Shown here piece by piece: positions 8,875 through 17,368 of a stretch of DNA of 64,000 bases (the first letter of the stretch is position 1; the number at the start of each line of letters is the position of its first letter). The stretch lies in IMG/VR virus record IMGVR_UViG_3300027255_000165, one strand, 5' to 3'. Under the pieces are notes generated by a model, which had not been told where the DNA came from, searched no databases, and worked only from the letters and a program-made list of their open reading frames with translations. The DNA is from a virus (lineage: Duplodnaviria > Caudoviricetes). Made by a program: the position numbers and the translations under genes.

Positions 8875-10674
8875 CTATCCATCACAACTTAAGCAGTCAA
8901 TCATTGCTCGTTGAGCAATATCTCCTCTTAGCACTGATTCTGTTCGCATGTAGTATAATGTCTTAACGCCTTGCTTATATGCCTCTAGGTGAACTTGATT
9001 GATGTACTTGGGTTCAGCCTCGTTAGGGAAGGCAAGGTTAAGTGAAACCGCTTGGTCAATGTATTGTTGACGAATACCAGCTTGACGAACTAATTCCATT
9101 TGATTGATTTCCTTAAAGGTCAAAAATACATCTTTGAATGGAACCCACTTGTCTTTTTCAATTTCAGAAAGTTTATCATATTCCTTTTGATTGATGTATG
9201 TGAATTTCTCACCTTCTTTGGCGTACCACTTGTCAAGAGATTCTACTCCTTGAACCGATCCACCATCTATCAAAATTTGATCCCAAACTTCTTTAGAGTT
9301 TAGTTTGATCATGTTCAGTGCCGTGTCAAGGGTTGGGTTCTTGCGAATGAATGTACCTTTTGCAGTTTGCTCGGTGAAAACGTTGGCAGCCCATGGCTCA
9401 ATACCCGCTGATACGTTTCCTGACAGTTTTGAATTTGAAACTGTTGGGGCAATGGCACGAAGGTGTGTATTTCTCATACCTGTTCCAACACACCACAGTG
9501 GCTCGCCATACACTTTTGCCATGTCTCGTGAAGCTCGTTCCGATTCAATCTTAATTTGAGAGAAGATCTTACGTGTTTCAAATTGTGCGCCCATTGCGTC
9601 AAATGCAATACCTCTTTCTTGTAGGTACGTATGCCATCCAAGAACTCCAAGACCCAGTGCTCGACCTTTTTCAGCTGAACGAACAGAGTTCTCGAAGCCA
9701 CGCATGTATTTTGCACGTGTGATAAACTCTTCTAGGACGCCGTCTAGGAACCATGTTGCAGTGTAAACCAGATCAGTGTCCTTCCACTCGTCGTATTTTG
9801 CAAGGTTGATTGAAGACAAACAACAAACGAATGAGTGGTTCTCGTCAGTATGAAGAGTAATCTCAGAACAAATGTTGGTCATAAAAACCTTTAACTGATT
9901 GTTCTTGTAAGCATCTGGATTTTGACGGTTAACGTTACCTTTAAACATGATGTAAGGCTCGCCGGTCGTTCTACGCTTACGAAGAACTGCAGCCCATCGT
10001 TTACGGGCTTCCTTGTCTCCTTGTTCAAGCTTCATCATAAATGAATCTGAGACAACAACACATTGGTGCATATTTAGAGATTGACGATTAACGTCTCCTT
10101 TGGGTTCTCTAATTTCTAGCCACTCCCAAAAGTCACCGTGCTCGATATCGATATTAACTGATGCTGCACCTCGACGAACTGAACCCTGATTTGTCGCTAG
10201 AATCGATGAATCGTAGATCTTAATAAAAGGAACTACGCCATCTGACGTACCGTTCTGTGAAATGTTCGAACCTGCAGGACGAATCATATTAACTCCAATT
10301 CCAACTCCGCCACCGTGTTTTGCAAGTAGCATCATTTCAAGATTCTTGTTACCAATCTCTTGAATTGAATCGCCTACATCAATACCAAAACATGAAATTG
10401 GTAGACCTCTTTCGGTTCCAGTGTTTGAGAAAACTGGAGTTGCTAGGTTCAACCAACCCTTCCACATGTAATCAAAGAATTTACTAGCCAAATCAGGCTT
10501 ACGTAATCTCTTTGCTACAGTGGTAGCAACTCTCCAATATGCATCCTTTGGTGTTTCACCTTCTAAAAGATAACCTTTAGATACTGTTTTAACGTAAACT
10601 TCAGTGTTGGCCCATATTGGAAAGTCAACTCCAACTTCCCATCCTAAAAATTCACCATGATTAATTTCTTCCAT
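8875..10674 (-). CDS. nrdA: Class I ribonucleotide reductase alpha subunit, short form without ATP-cone
   Basis: PISCF, GGGVG, TNICSEI, GLGVLG, APTVSNS, KTLYY and C-terminal CLSCDG. Confidence 0.95.
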   Translation of the reverse strand: MEEINHGEFLGWEVGVDFPIWANTEVYVKTVSKGYLLEGETPKDAYWRVATTVAKRLRKPDLASKFFDYMWKGWLNLATPVFSNTGTERGLPISCFGIDVGDSIQEIGNKNLEMMLLAKHGGGVGIGVNMIRPAGSNISQNGTSDGVVPFIKIYDSSILATNQGSVRRGAASVNIDIEHGDFWEWLEIREPKGDVNRQSLNMHQCVVVSDSFMMKLEQGDKEARKRWAAVLRKRRTTGEPYIMFKGNVNRQNPDAYKNNQLKVFMTNICSEITLHTDENHSFVCCLSSINLAKYDEWKDTDLVYTATWFLDGVLEEFITRAKYMRGFENSVRSAEKGRALGLGVLGWHTYLQERGIAFDAMGAQFETRKIFSQIKIESERASRDMAKVYGEPLWCVGTGMRNTHLRAIAPTVSNSKLSGNVSAGIEPWAANVFTEQTAKGTFIRKNPTLDTALNMIKLNSKEVWDQILIDGGSVQGVESLDKWYAKEGEKFTYINQKEYDKLSEIEKDKWVPFKDVFLTFKEINQMELVRQAGIRQQYIDQAVSLNLAFPNEAEPKYINQVHLEAYKQGVKTLYYMRTESVLRGDIAQRAMIDCLSCDG

Positions 10675-10717
10675 TCTATAATTCTTATGTACTTTATACC
10701 GCTAGATTCAAATCTGT

Positions 10718-11728
10718 TTAAGAAAACAAATCGTCTTCATCCCAGTTTTCATCTTCACCAGCCTTTGAGTAATCCGTAGGGCGTACTGCGAAGAAGTCTG
10801 TATGCGTATGCCCGCCTGTTAAGTGATAGAACCAATCAAGTTCTGCGGCTGCTGATTCATCAAACTTAAAGATAGATTCATAACCAATTTCATTGAGCTT
10901 TTCATTGGCTCTTTTCTTGATGAACTCTTTTAAGTCTGATGCATTTAGATTTTCTAGATCGCCAGCTTCAAAAATCTTATCGATGTAATTCATTTCCATT
11001 TCGACCATAAGATGTGCAGCTTCTTCAACCTGTGATTGTACTGCATTTCTTAGGTCTGGATACTCTTCACACATTTGACGGAACAATTGACATCCCATTT
11101 TTGAGTGAAGAGATTCATCTCTAACTGACCATTTCATTTGCTGACCAATACCCTTTAAAAGGTTTCTCATTTGAAACGAGTATAGAACCGCAAATGAAGA
11201 ATATAGAGCTACTCCTTCGGCAAAGGCTGAAAAAATAGCCAATGAACGAGCAACGTCTTTTCGAGCTTCCGCTGACCTAGCCAAATCTTCATGGGTGTAA
11301 TCCGCTGTAGTACCCATCAAGAACTCAAAACGTGCAGCTGTTGAAGGCTCATGTAAGAATGCCTTAAAATCCTCAAGGCCTAATGTTTCGTTTAGATATG
11401 AATACGCTGTTGCATGGATGGTTTCTTGCGAACCAAACATCATTGCCATTTGCTTAATTTCATGTTTAGGGAACCAATTGGTTACCATGCCGGTCCAATA
11501 ATCAGAAACTGCACATTCAGTCTGTGCAAACCCCAATAAAATGTTACCGACCAAATTCTTTTCAGATGCTGAAAGATTTTCATTCCAATCTTTCACGTCG
11601 CCTTGCATCGAAATCTCCGTATGAAGCCAAAAGGCCTGTGCTTGTTTTAGCCATCCCTCTGTGTAATAAATTGGATATTCAAAGGGCTTAAATTCTATTC
11701 TTTCTTTAAATAATTGAGATTTTGACAT
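10718..11728 (-). CDS. nrdB: Class I ribonucleotide reductase beta subunit
   Basis: FW...E, QTECAV, ETIHATAY (radical Tyr), EGVALYSSF, DESLH and DFF. Confidence 0.95.
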   Translation of the reverse strand: MSKSQLFKERIEFKPFEYPIYYTEGWLKQAQAFWLHTEISMQGDVKDWNENLSASEKNLVGNILLGFAQTECAVSDYWTGMVTNWFPKHEIKQMAMMFGSQETIHATAYSYLNETLGLEDFKAFLHEPSTAARFEFLMGTTADYTHEDLARSAEARKDVARSLAIFSAFAEGVALYSSFAVLYSFQMRNLLKGIGQQMKWSVRDESLHSKMGCQLFRQMCEEYPDLRNAVQSQVEEAAHLMVEMEMNYIDKIFEAGDLENLNASDLKEFIKKRANEKLNEIGYESIFKFDESAAAELDWFYHLTGGHTHTDFFAVRPTDYSKAGEDENWDEDDLFS

Positions 11729-11773
11729 TTTTTAAAAAACGTATTTTTTTTACTATTGCTATTAGACGACAAA

Positions 11774-11804
11774 GGGTCCTTAATTCATTAGAACTGATGG
11801 ACCC
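11774..11804 (-). other. Hairpin in the nrdB 5' leader
   Basis: GGGTCC/GGACCC outer stem with an inner AGTTC/GAATT stem, in the 144-bp intergenic region. Confidence 0.5.
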
Positions 11805-11872
11805 GGGGTGTAACTTTACGATACATTGTATATATCATGGCTGTTACGAGGGGCTCTAAATATAATAACTGA

Positions 11873-13276
11873 TTAAAATCCTTTTAGTACCTTTTTAGCT
11901 TCTTCAGCTTTAGTGAAATACTCGTAAGATTTTGCCTTATATTCTTTACGCTGTGTGTAAAGATCTGAAAGAATTTGCTTCAATATTGAATCTTTCTTAT
12001 CGTACACAACTCCGTTAACACAGACGATTTCATCTTCATTCTTTCGTCTTTCAGGAATCTCAGACTTTGGAATGATTTCTTTATATGAGTCAGGTGAGAT
12101 GTTAAACTGTCGCATGATTGAGGGGTACAGTGAAGCAAAGTCAAATGCAGATACACCTTGATAGAAACCAACAACCGGTTCTTTAACATAAGCACCAGCA
12201 TATTGGCCATCCTTTGAACCTTCATCTCTTTGTTCTGATCCAATTCTCTTATTAAGGGCTGACATCTTACGTGCAATCAGAGCTTCCGTTACAGCAACTG
12301 GTGATGCAGCTTTATAGAGAGGCATCTTGGTGATTGAAGCCAGGGTCAATAGAACTTCCATTGACTTAAGCTGTTGATCTATATAATAGACTAGACATGA
12401 GTCAACTACGTTATAGAATACGTATTTTGTAAAGTCATTCTCGTAAAGGTCCTGTAAGGATCCATTATACTTGATCTTATTTGTCTTCAGTACTTGACCA
12501 GATACATAATCCAAAGCATTAGATTCTTTTACCTTGACCGTGCGATCGTACTTATCATACAATTGCATGTAATCTAAGATGCCGATGTGCAGCGGTCTAG
12601 AATCATTCTTATCAAGTGATTGAGTCATTGAGGCTTCTTTGATGTCAATCTGGAGACGCTTACATCGGTTAACGATATATTGCCAGTCATAGTTGATAAA
12701 GTTCCAGCCCGTCATCATCGGAAACTTAGGTAAGAACCGATAAATGAATGTTGCCACCATGTCATGTTCATTCTTAAACTGACGGTATTCAAAGGTCCAA
12801 TCCTGATCGAATTGTTTGAAGTATTCATTAGTGTCAGCTTCGATTTTCTTAACTTTTTCAAGAGAAAGTTCTTCTAATCCAAGAACAATGGCCTTACGTT
12901 CTGGCGTAATGATTGAGAATGTTAGGATTCGTGATTTGGCTTCTTCAGCTTTAGGGAAACCATCTACGATCTCGGTTTCAATATCGACAAAGTATGTACG
13001 AGGAAGATTGTATGCAAAGATTTCTTCTTTGTCTCGTTCGGGTAAATTGTCTAAGTAATAGATCAAAGAGAACTTATTGAACTGGCGAGCAGGACCCAAC
13101 TTGATAGGACGACCGTCCCAGTTTGTCAAGGTCTCATGTTTATAACGATCCATTGGATCGGTGATGTACCAGTTCTTAAATTGCTCAACAGGGTAGCGCT
13201 TGAAATTAACCTTGCCTTCCTTGTCGTAATATGAAATAATGACTTCTTTGTCTCTTTGTTCTACGTCTAATAACAT
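11873..13276 (-). CDS. gp43: Family B DNA polymerase, N-terminal subunit (3'-5' exonuclease plus motif A; gp43A-like)
   Basis: ExoI VDIET, ExoII GWNFINYD, ExoIII YNVVD, GAYVKEP and motif A DFASLYPSI. Ends after the first fingers helix. Confidence 0.92.
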   Translation of the reverse strand: MLLDVEQRDKEVIISYYDKEGKVNFKRYPVEQFKNWYITDPMDRYKHETLTNWDGRPIKLGPARQFNKFSLIYYLDNLPERDKEEIFAYNLPRTYFVDIETEIVDGFPKAEEAKSRILTFSIITPERKAIVLGLEELSLEKVKKIEADTNEYFKQFDQDWTFEYRQFKNEHDMVATFIYRFLPKFPMMTGWNFINYDWQYIVNRCKRLQIDIKEASMTQSLDKNDSRPLHIGILDYMQLYDKYDRTVKVKESNALDYVSGQVLKTNKIKYNGSLQDLYENDFTKYVFYNVVDSCLVYYIDQQLKSMEVLLTLASITKMPLYKAASPVAVTEALIARKMSALNKRIGSEQRDEGSKDGQYAGAYVKEPVVGFYQGVSAFDFASLYPSIMRQFNISPDSYKEIIPKSEIPERRKNEDEIVCVNGVVYDKKDSILKQILSDLYTQRKEYKAKSYEYFTKAEEAKKVLKGF

Positions 13277-13740
13277 TAGTATCCTCGGTTTTGACGATCG
13301 TGATTCTCTGCGTTCTTGGCCATGTAAAGGTTGACTACATCTTTTGAAGTCATACCGATTGAAATTGCGAAATTCATGAAGAAGTGCAAGCCATCAACCC
13401 ACTCATAGTAGAGTTCCAATCGATCTGCTTCACTAAGATCTTCAACTTTCATGTCAACTGCCTTAGCGTTATCCTTCTTCCAGTACTTCCATGCAGCTGA
13501 ACCAATTCCATCGTTAACACCTCCTAGTGAATCGAACATTTCGTTTAGTTCATCACTTAGAGCGTGCTTGTTGACCATCCAAAAGTCTGCAATCTGCTTA
13601 AGGGTCCAACCTGTGAAGTCAAATCCAAGGCGAGCTTGTAATTCTTTTTGCTTGTTGTAGATTAGACCAAAGGTGTCTTCAACGCCTGTGTAGAAATCTT
13701 CTACGTTAAGGTCTGAGCATTTATTATCTGTGTTTGCCAT
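13276..13740 (-). CDS. gp56: dCTPase/dUTPase (T4 gp56-like, dimeric all-alpha family)
   Basis: EWVDGLHFFMN and YMAKNAENHDRQNRGY match the gp56 C-terminal signature (KNAENFxRQxRGY). Confidence 0.85.
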   Translation of the reverse strand: MANTDNKCSDLNVEDFYTGVEDTFGLIYNKQKELQARLGFDFTGWTLKQIADFWMVNKHALSDELNEMFDSLGGVNDGIGSAAWKYWKKDNAKAVDMKVEDLSEADRLELYYEWVDGLHFFMNFAISIGMTSKDVVNLYMAKNAENHDRQNRGY

Positions 13741-13751
13741 ATATCTTGTAC

Positions 13752-14972
13752 TTAGAAAAGTGAATTTGTTTGTAAAGTAATTGGCTTTTCTGTTTGTCTT
13801 TTATTAACACTTGCGATAGCATTGAACAAATCAGTGTTAACAACTTCAGGTGCATTGTGCAATTTAGCTAGACGGAATGAATTCTGTCTGAATTCATCTC
13901 GACGCTTGTGATCAGCTGCCAATTCTAGAATCTGAGGAATTGAAGCTTCAACGTTATTCTTATCAACGAAGATTGCAAAATCTTTTAGTTGACTGAAAGG
14001 AACCCCTTCAGTACGGTGAATAACGTGATCTCCCCAGTGTTTATCAAACAAAGGAATGGTACCTGCTGCAATTACCTCGCACATTGCATACTCAATCATT
14101 GAGCCGTAAAGGCGTTCGGGTAGGTTAAAGAATTCTGCACCAAACATTGAGTTTGACAACTCACCCATACCTTCAGCTAGATTATAAGGACCGTAAATGT
14201 AGACCTTATCAGTGAGTTGAGGATATGTGACTGGATTCTTCGTGTCATGGACTTCAAATACATCTTGACGTGGAGTGCGATCATCGTTCAAGAACATTGG
14301 TAGGGCACCAATAGAACGTTCAACGCCTCGAGCTTCAGTTACCACGTCTTCATTTTTCAAAAGGTTCATCAAATCAAACATTCTGAATGGATCCTTAAAT
14401 CCAGCGAAACGACCAAAGTAAGTGATTCTTCGAGTCTGCTTTTCAGCTGATTTCCAAACAGGCTTCCAAGCATCGTAATCGTAAGGATTGAGATTCATCT
14501 CAATCAATGGAGTGTTTGGAGCGTGCTCACGCATTTTGTTTGCGAAGTTAGATGTCAACGAGTAATTGAACATTGCATCCATTTGACTCATGATCTCCCA
14601 ATAGCGATGGTTCTTATTAAGATTCGCCATGTTGTGGTCAAGGCAGTTACCAACCTTTACTGGTTTGGTTAGACCATATACACAATGTTCGATAAAGTCT
14701 TCGTTAAATTCATCACCTACTGATTTGTGAGGGAATGAAGTGTAATAGACCACATCACATTCGTTCAATTCTTTAGCGACCTTAGGAATGTCTTTGCGCT
14801 TAAAGTTAGTTGCAATAATGTCAGTTGACTTGTGACGAGGCCACATCTTTTCTGTTGCTGCGTAAATGGTTGCTTCGTGACCTTCTTTAATCAACCAGTT
14901 GTAAAATTCAATGGTGTGGCGAGTCAATCCACATCCTTCTACTCCTTTAGCTAGTACTAATGCTATCTTCAT
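13752..14972 (-). CDS. agt: DNA alpha-glucosyltransferase-like GT-B glycosyltransferase
   Basis: N-terminus MKIALVLAKGVEGCGLTRHTIEFYNWLIKEGHE parallels T4 AGT MRICIFMARGLEGCGVTKFSLEQRDWFIKNGHE. Also YFGRFAGFKD, GVERS and EYAMCEVIAAGTIPLF, with similar length (406 aa). Confidence 0.85.
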   Translation of the reverse strand: MKIALVLAKGVEGCGLTRHTIEFYNWLIKEGHEATIYAATEKMWPRHKSTDIIATNFKRKDIPKVAKELNECDVVYYTSFPHKSVGDEFNEDFIEHCVYGLTKPVKVGNCLDHNMANLNKNHRYWEIMSQMDAMFNYSLTSNFANKMREHAPNTPLIEMNLNPYDYDAWKPVWKSAEKQTRRITYFGRFAGFKDPFRMFDLMNLLKNEDVVTEARGVERSIGALPMFLNDDRTPRQDVFEVHDTKNPVTYPQLTDKVYIYGPYNLAEGMGELSNSMFGAEFFNLPERLYGSMIEYAMCEVIAAGTIPLFDKHWGDHVIHRTEGVPFSQLKDFAIFVDKNNVEASIPQILELAADHKRRDEFRQNSFRLAKLHNAPEVVNTDLFNAIASVNKRQTEKPITLQTNSLF

Positions 14973-15015
14973 TTTAAGAAACGTTTAGTTATTTTATACA
15001 CGAAGTGGGATTTGT

Positions 15016-15498
15016 TTAATCCCACCAGTATCTTATGTTATGTTCAATCATTCTCCACAGGATGTCATGGGCTCGTTTGGTTTTATATGCAGTTATTTTC
15101 ATCTGCTCTGACCAAATTTGCATGATCTCTTCGTTGTGTTGATCATCAACTGCCTTTTCCCATCTAATGTCAAGAGAATACATGCCAGTTGCTTTGTTTT
15201 CAATAAACTCAAACTTTTGCTCGCCGTATATCTTTTCCATCATGACTGCCATTTCGTCATTATACTTTTCATCATATACAATGTCCATTAGTTTGATGAC
15301 AGTTCTAATTCTAGAAGCTTGATGAAGAGAATCACGACGATAAGATTTAGAAGATTCAAAGAACTTGGCCTGACGTTCAAGTTGGTGCTTGAATAATTCT
15401 ACTGAGTAACGGAAATCAAAGTCATAACCCTTCCAAATCATGGGTAGAAAGTCGATGACACGTTGTATTCTTCTAAAAATATCTTTAATCATTTTCAT
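15016..15498 (-). CDS. Conserved-type phage hypothetical protein
   Basis: 160-aa helical ORF with W..YDFDF and a C-terminal WWD. Confidence 0.6.
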   Translation of the reverse strand: MKMIKDIFRRIQRVIDFLPMIWKGYDFDFRYSVELFKHQLERQAKFFESSKSYRRDSLHQASRIRTVIKLMDIVYDEKYNDEMAVMMEKIYGEQKFEFIENKATGMYSLDIRWEKAVDDQHNEEIMQIWSEQMKITAYKTKRAHDILWRMIEHNIRYWWD

Positions 15499-15697
15499 AT
15501 TTTATTTCAAGATTTCCAGCTATTTGATACGCTTCGGCCAGTTTGTCGTTAGCCTCGTCAATTAGCGTTTGAATGTCTTTATTCAACTTAGCAACTGGAT
15601 GCTGAGTCAAATTGTTTTCAATCACCATCATAATGACGCTCAATCGATCTGTCATTTCATGATAGTGAAACTCATCAAGTTTAGGCATTCTAGCCAT
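15485..15697 (-). CDS. Hypothetical protein
   Basis: 70-aa ORF (LDEFHYHE..DR) overlapping both neighbours. Confidence 0.6.
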   Translation of the reverse strand: MARMPKLDEFHYHEMTDRLSVIMMVIENNLTQHPVAKLNKDIQTLIDEANDKLAEAYQIAGNLEIKYEND

Positions 15698-16056
15698 TAC
15701 ATTGCAGGGCCTACAGGTGATGTACGAGGCTTTGGAGTGGTATTGATTTTGATCAATACTTCAAACACGTCTTCTCCGCACTCGAATTTGACATACTCTC
15801 TTGAGTTTTCAACCACACTTGTAATCAATGGGCTTGTATATGCAGCTGAGTTTTTTACCTGTGCTTTTTTCAAGTTTGCTAGATCTAATGAATTAATATC
15901 TGCAACCTCGAGTTCGAGCGCCATTGCATAATTTAGGGCTGGATTGGTTTCAATTCTCTTACCAACTTTGTCTTTAGCCGTGTAAGAAATCCAGTTTAAT
16001 TTGTCTGCGGTCATAAATTCTTGACCGTTCTTTTTGATTGTGAAGTTAGCTTCCAT
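15697..16056 (-). CDS. Hypothetical protein
   Basis: 119-aa ORF in the tightly packed minus-strand operon. Confidence 0.6.
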   Translation of the reverse strand: MEANFTIKKNGQEFMTADKLNWISYTAKDKVGKRIETNPALNYAMALELEVADINSLDLANLKKAQVKNSAAYTSPLITSVVENSREYVKFECGEDVFEVLIKINTTPKPRTSPVGPAM

Positions 16057-16222
16057 GTCCTTTGATATGTGATAGTTTTTCGACCATTGAATTTATTCTT
16101 CGTTTATACGCTTCAGCCTTTTCAGTGTAACCGTTTTCGATGGCTCGATTGTAGCGCTTTTGAAGTTGGTGTAGTTTGTGACCTAACCTTTTAGATTCAA
16201 AATGTTCGATAATTCTTTTCAT
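16046..16222 (-). CDS. Small basic helical hypothetical protein (58 aa, MKRIIEHFESKRLGHKLHQLQKRYNRAIENG...)
   Basis: Translated by hand; start overlaps the upstream stop (TAATG). Confidence 0.6.
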   Translation of the reverse strand: MKRIIEHFESKRLGHKLHQLQKRYNRAIENGYTEKAEAYKRRINSMVEKLSHIKGHGS

Positions 16223-16392
16223 TACTCCGTTTTTAAGTCGTCTAATTTAACATAGACTGGTTCATTTCCATGGTTTTCAAATACCACATCAACGAATATA
16301 ACGTTATAAAACTCGTAGAAATCCTTGATGGATCCACGTCCAAATTTTGGATGGTGGACTTGGGTTCCTTTACTCAGTAATTGGGTACTCAT
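16222..16392 (-). CDS. Small SH3/Tudor-like protein (56 aa; DUF3553 / PcrA C-terminal-like)
   Basis: Translated by hand: MSTQLLSKGTQVHHPKFGRGSIKDFYEFYNVIFVDVVFENHGNEPVYVKLDDLKTE, with a G..V.HP.FG.G.I...V.F pattern. Confidence 0.6.
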   Translation of the reverse strand: MSTQLLSKGTQVHHPKFGRGSIKDFYEFYNVIFVDVVFENHGNEPVYVKLDDLKTE

Positions 16393-16663
16393 TCTTCTCG
16401 TTGATGTAGTTTTCTAAACCTTGAATATAACCAACCGCATCTAAGAGATTATCGCGCTTGTGATTGTAGCTTTCACGTGAAAACTTAAGAGCGATTAGAG
16501 CCATGTACATTTCACGACCGGTAACATTTAAACCTGTCATGCCGTTGAAGACCATCGCTGCACGATCCATGCCTTCAGAGAAGGGGCCATACATGCGATC
16601 TTTTTCTTCTGAACGATTATTAATAAGCTCGTGAGCTTCTAGTGCAATTGATTTGTTTTCCAT
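16370..16663 (-). CDS. DUF6378-like all-alpha protein (possible nucleotide pyrophosphohydrolase fold)
   Basis: R...YG.F....A..F......M.ALIALKFSR....RDNLLDAVGY pattern. Confidence 0.6.
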   Translation of the reverse strand: MENKSIALEAHELINNRSEEKDRMYGPFSEGMDRAAMVFNGMTGLNVTGREMYMALIALKFSRESYNHKRDNLLDAVGYIQGLENYINEKNEYPITE

Positions 16664-16678
16664 ATAGATTATACGTAA

Positions 16679-17368
16679 TTAAAGGTGTTTAGTTTCATTG
16701 ACCCACTCGGGTTTTCCATTGGCGAGACCCATGATCTTGATGTGCTTGCCGCCTGCAATTCTCTTGGTCTTTTCAATTGCCTCTCTGTGAGTTCGAGCCC
16801 ACACGCAACAAACGAAATCTTGTCTTTTACTCCACGCTGATTGCATTTCACGCTCATCTTCGTAGTGTAAGTAATAGACCACAGTTGCTTTGGGTTCGTT
16901 TTGCTCTCGTTCAATCTTTTCAACCTCTTGACGAGCCCAATCGATGTACCAGTTCAAAACGTGATCTTCCGGATCAACTGAATAATCATACAGCTGGAAG
17001 ATCTTCCATGAATCGAGGGCGTACTTACCAACTCCTGTTAAATCTCCCAACCGATCCACAGGGATGGTGACAGGATCTTTGAAAGTGTCTGTTAATTCGA
17101 GCCACTCGCGGCTAAATTGTTTCCATTGTTTAGCTCGTCGATTATAGAATCCAAGAGATCGAATGATTTCAATGATCTCTTCATCTGATGCAAACATCAA
17201 TTCCTCAGGCGTTGGAAATCGATCAAAGAAGTTATACCGTACTTTTTCTACCTGTTTGTAGTTGGTTTGATTCAACATCATACAGACGATCATCATCTGC
17301 CATGGGTTGTCTCTAAGTTGTTCTTGGCGGGTGTTCCAGGGTGATGTCTCAAGCCTGATTCTCAGCAT
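16679..17368 (-). CDS. HhH-GPD DNA glycosylase, MBD4-like (G:T/G:U mismatch)
   Basis: SPWNTRQEQLRDNPWQMMIVCMMLNQT, FPTPE, SLGFYNRRAK, LTGVGKYALDSWKIF and PEDHVLNWYIDW closely follow MBD4 catalytic-domain motifs. No 4Fe-4S cysteines. Confidence 0.85.
   Translation of the reverse strand: MLRIRLETSPWNTRQEQLRDNPWQMMIVCMMLNQTNYKQVEKVRYNFFDRFPTPEELMFASDEEIIEIIRSLGFYNRRAKQWKQFSREWLELTDTFKDPVTIPVDRLGDLTGVGKYALDSWKIFQLYDYSVDPEDHVLNWYIDWARQEVEKIEREQNEPKATVVYYLHYEDEREMQSAWSKRQDFVCCVWARTHREAIEKTKRIAGGKHIKIMGLANGKPEWVNETKHL

Noticed and set aside
6827-13276. Split intein joining the two polymerase halves
   Set aside because: The N-half ends in an ordinary helix with no Cys/Ser-initiated intein block, and the C-half has no His-Asn followed by Cys/Ser/Thr before motif B.
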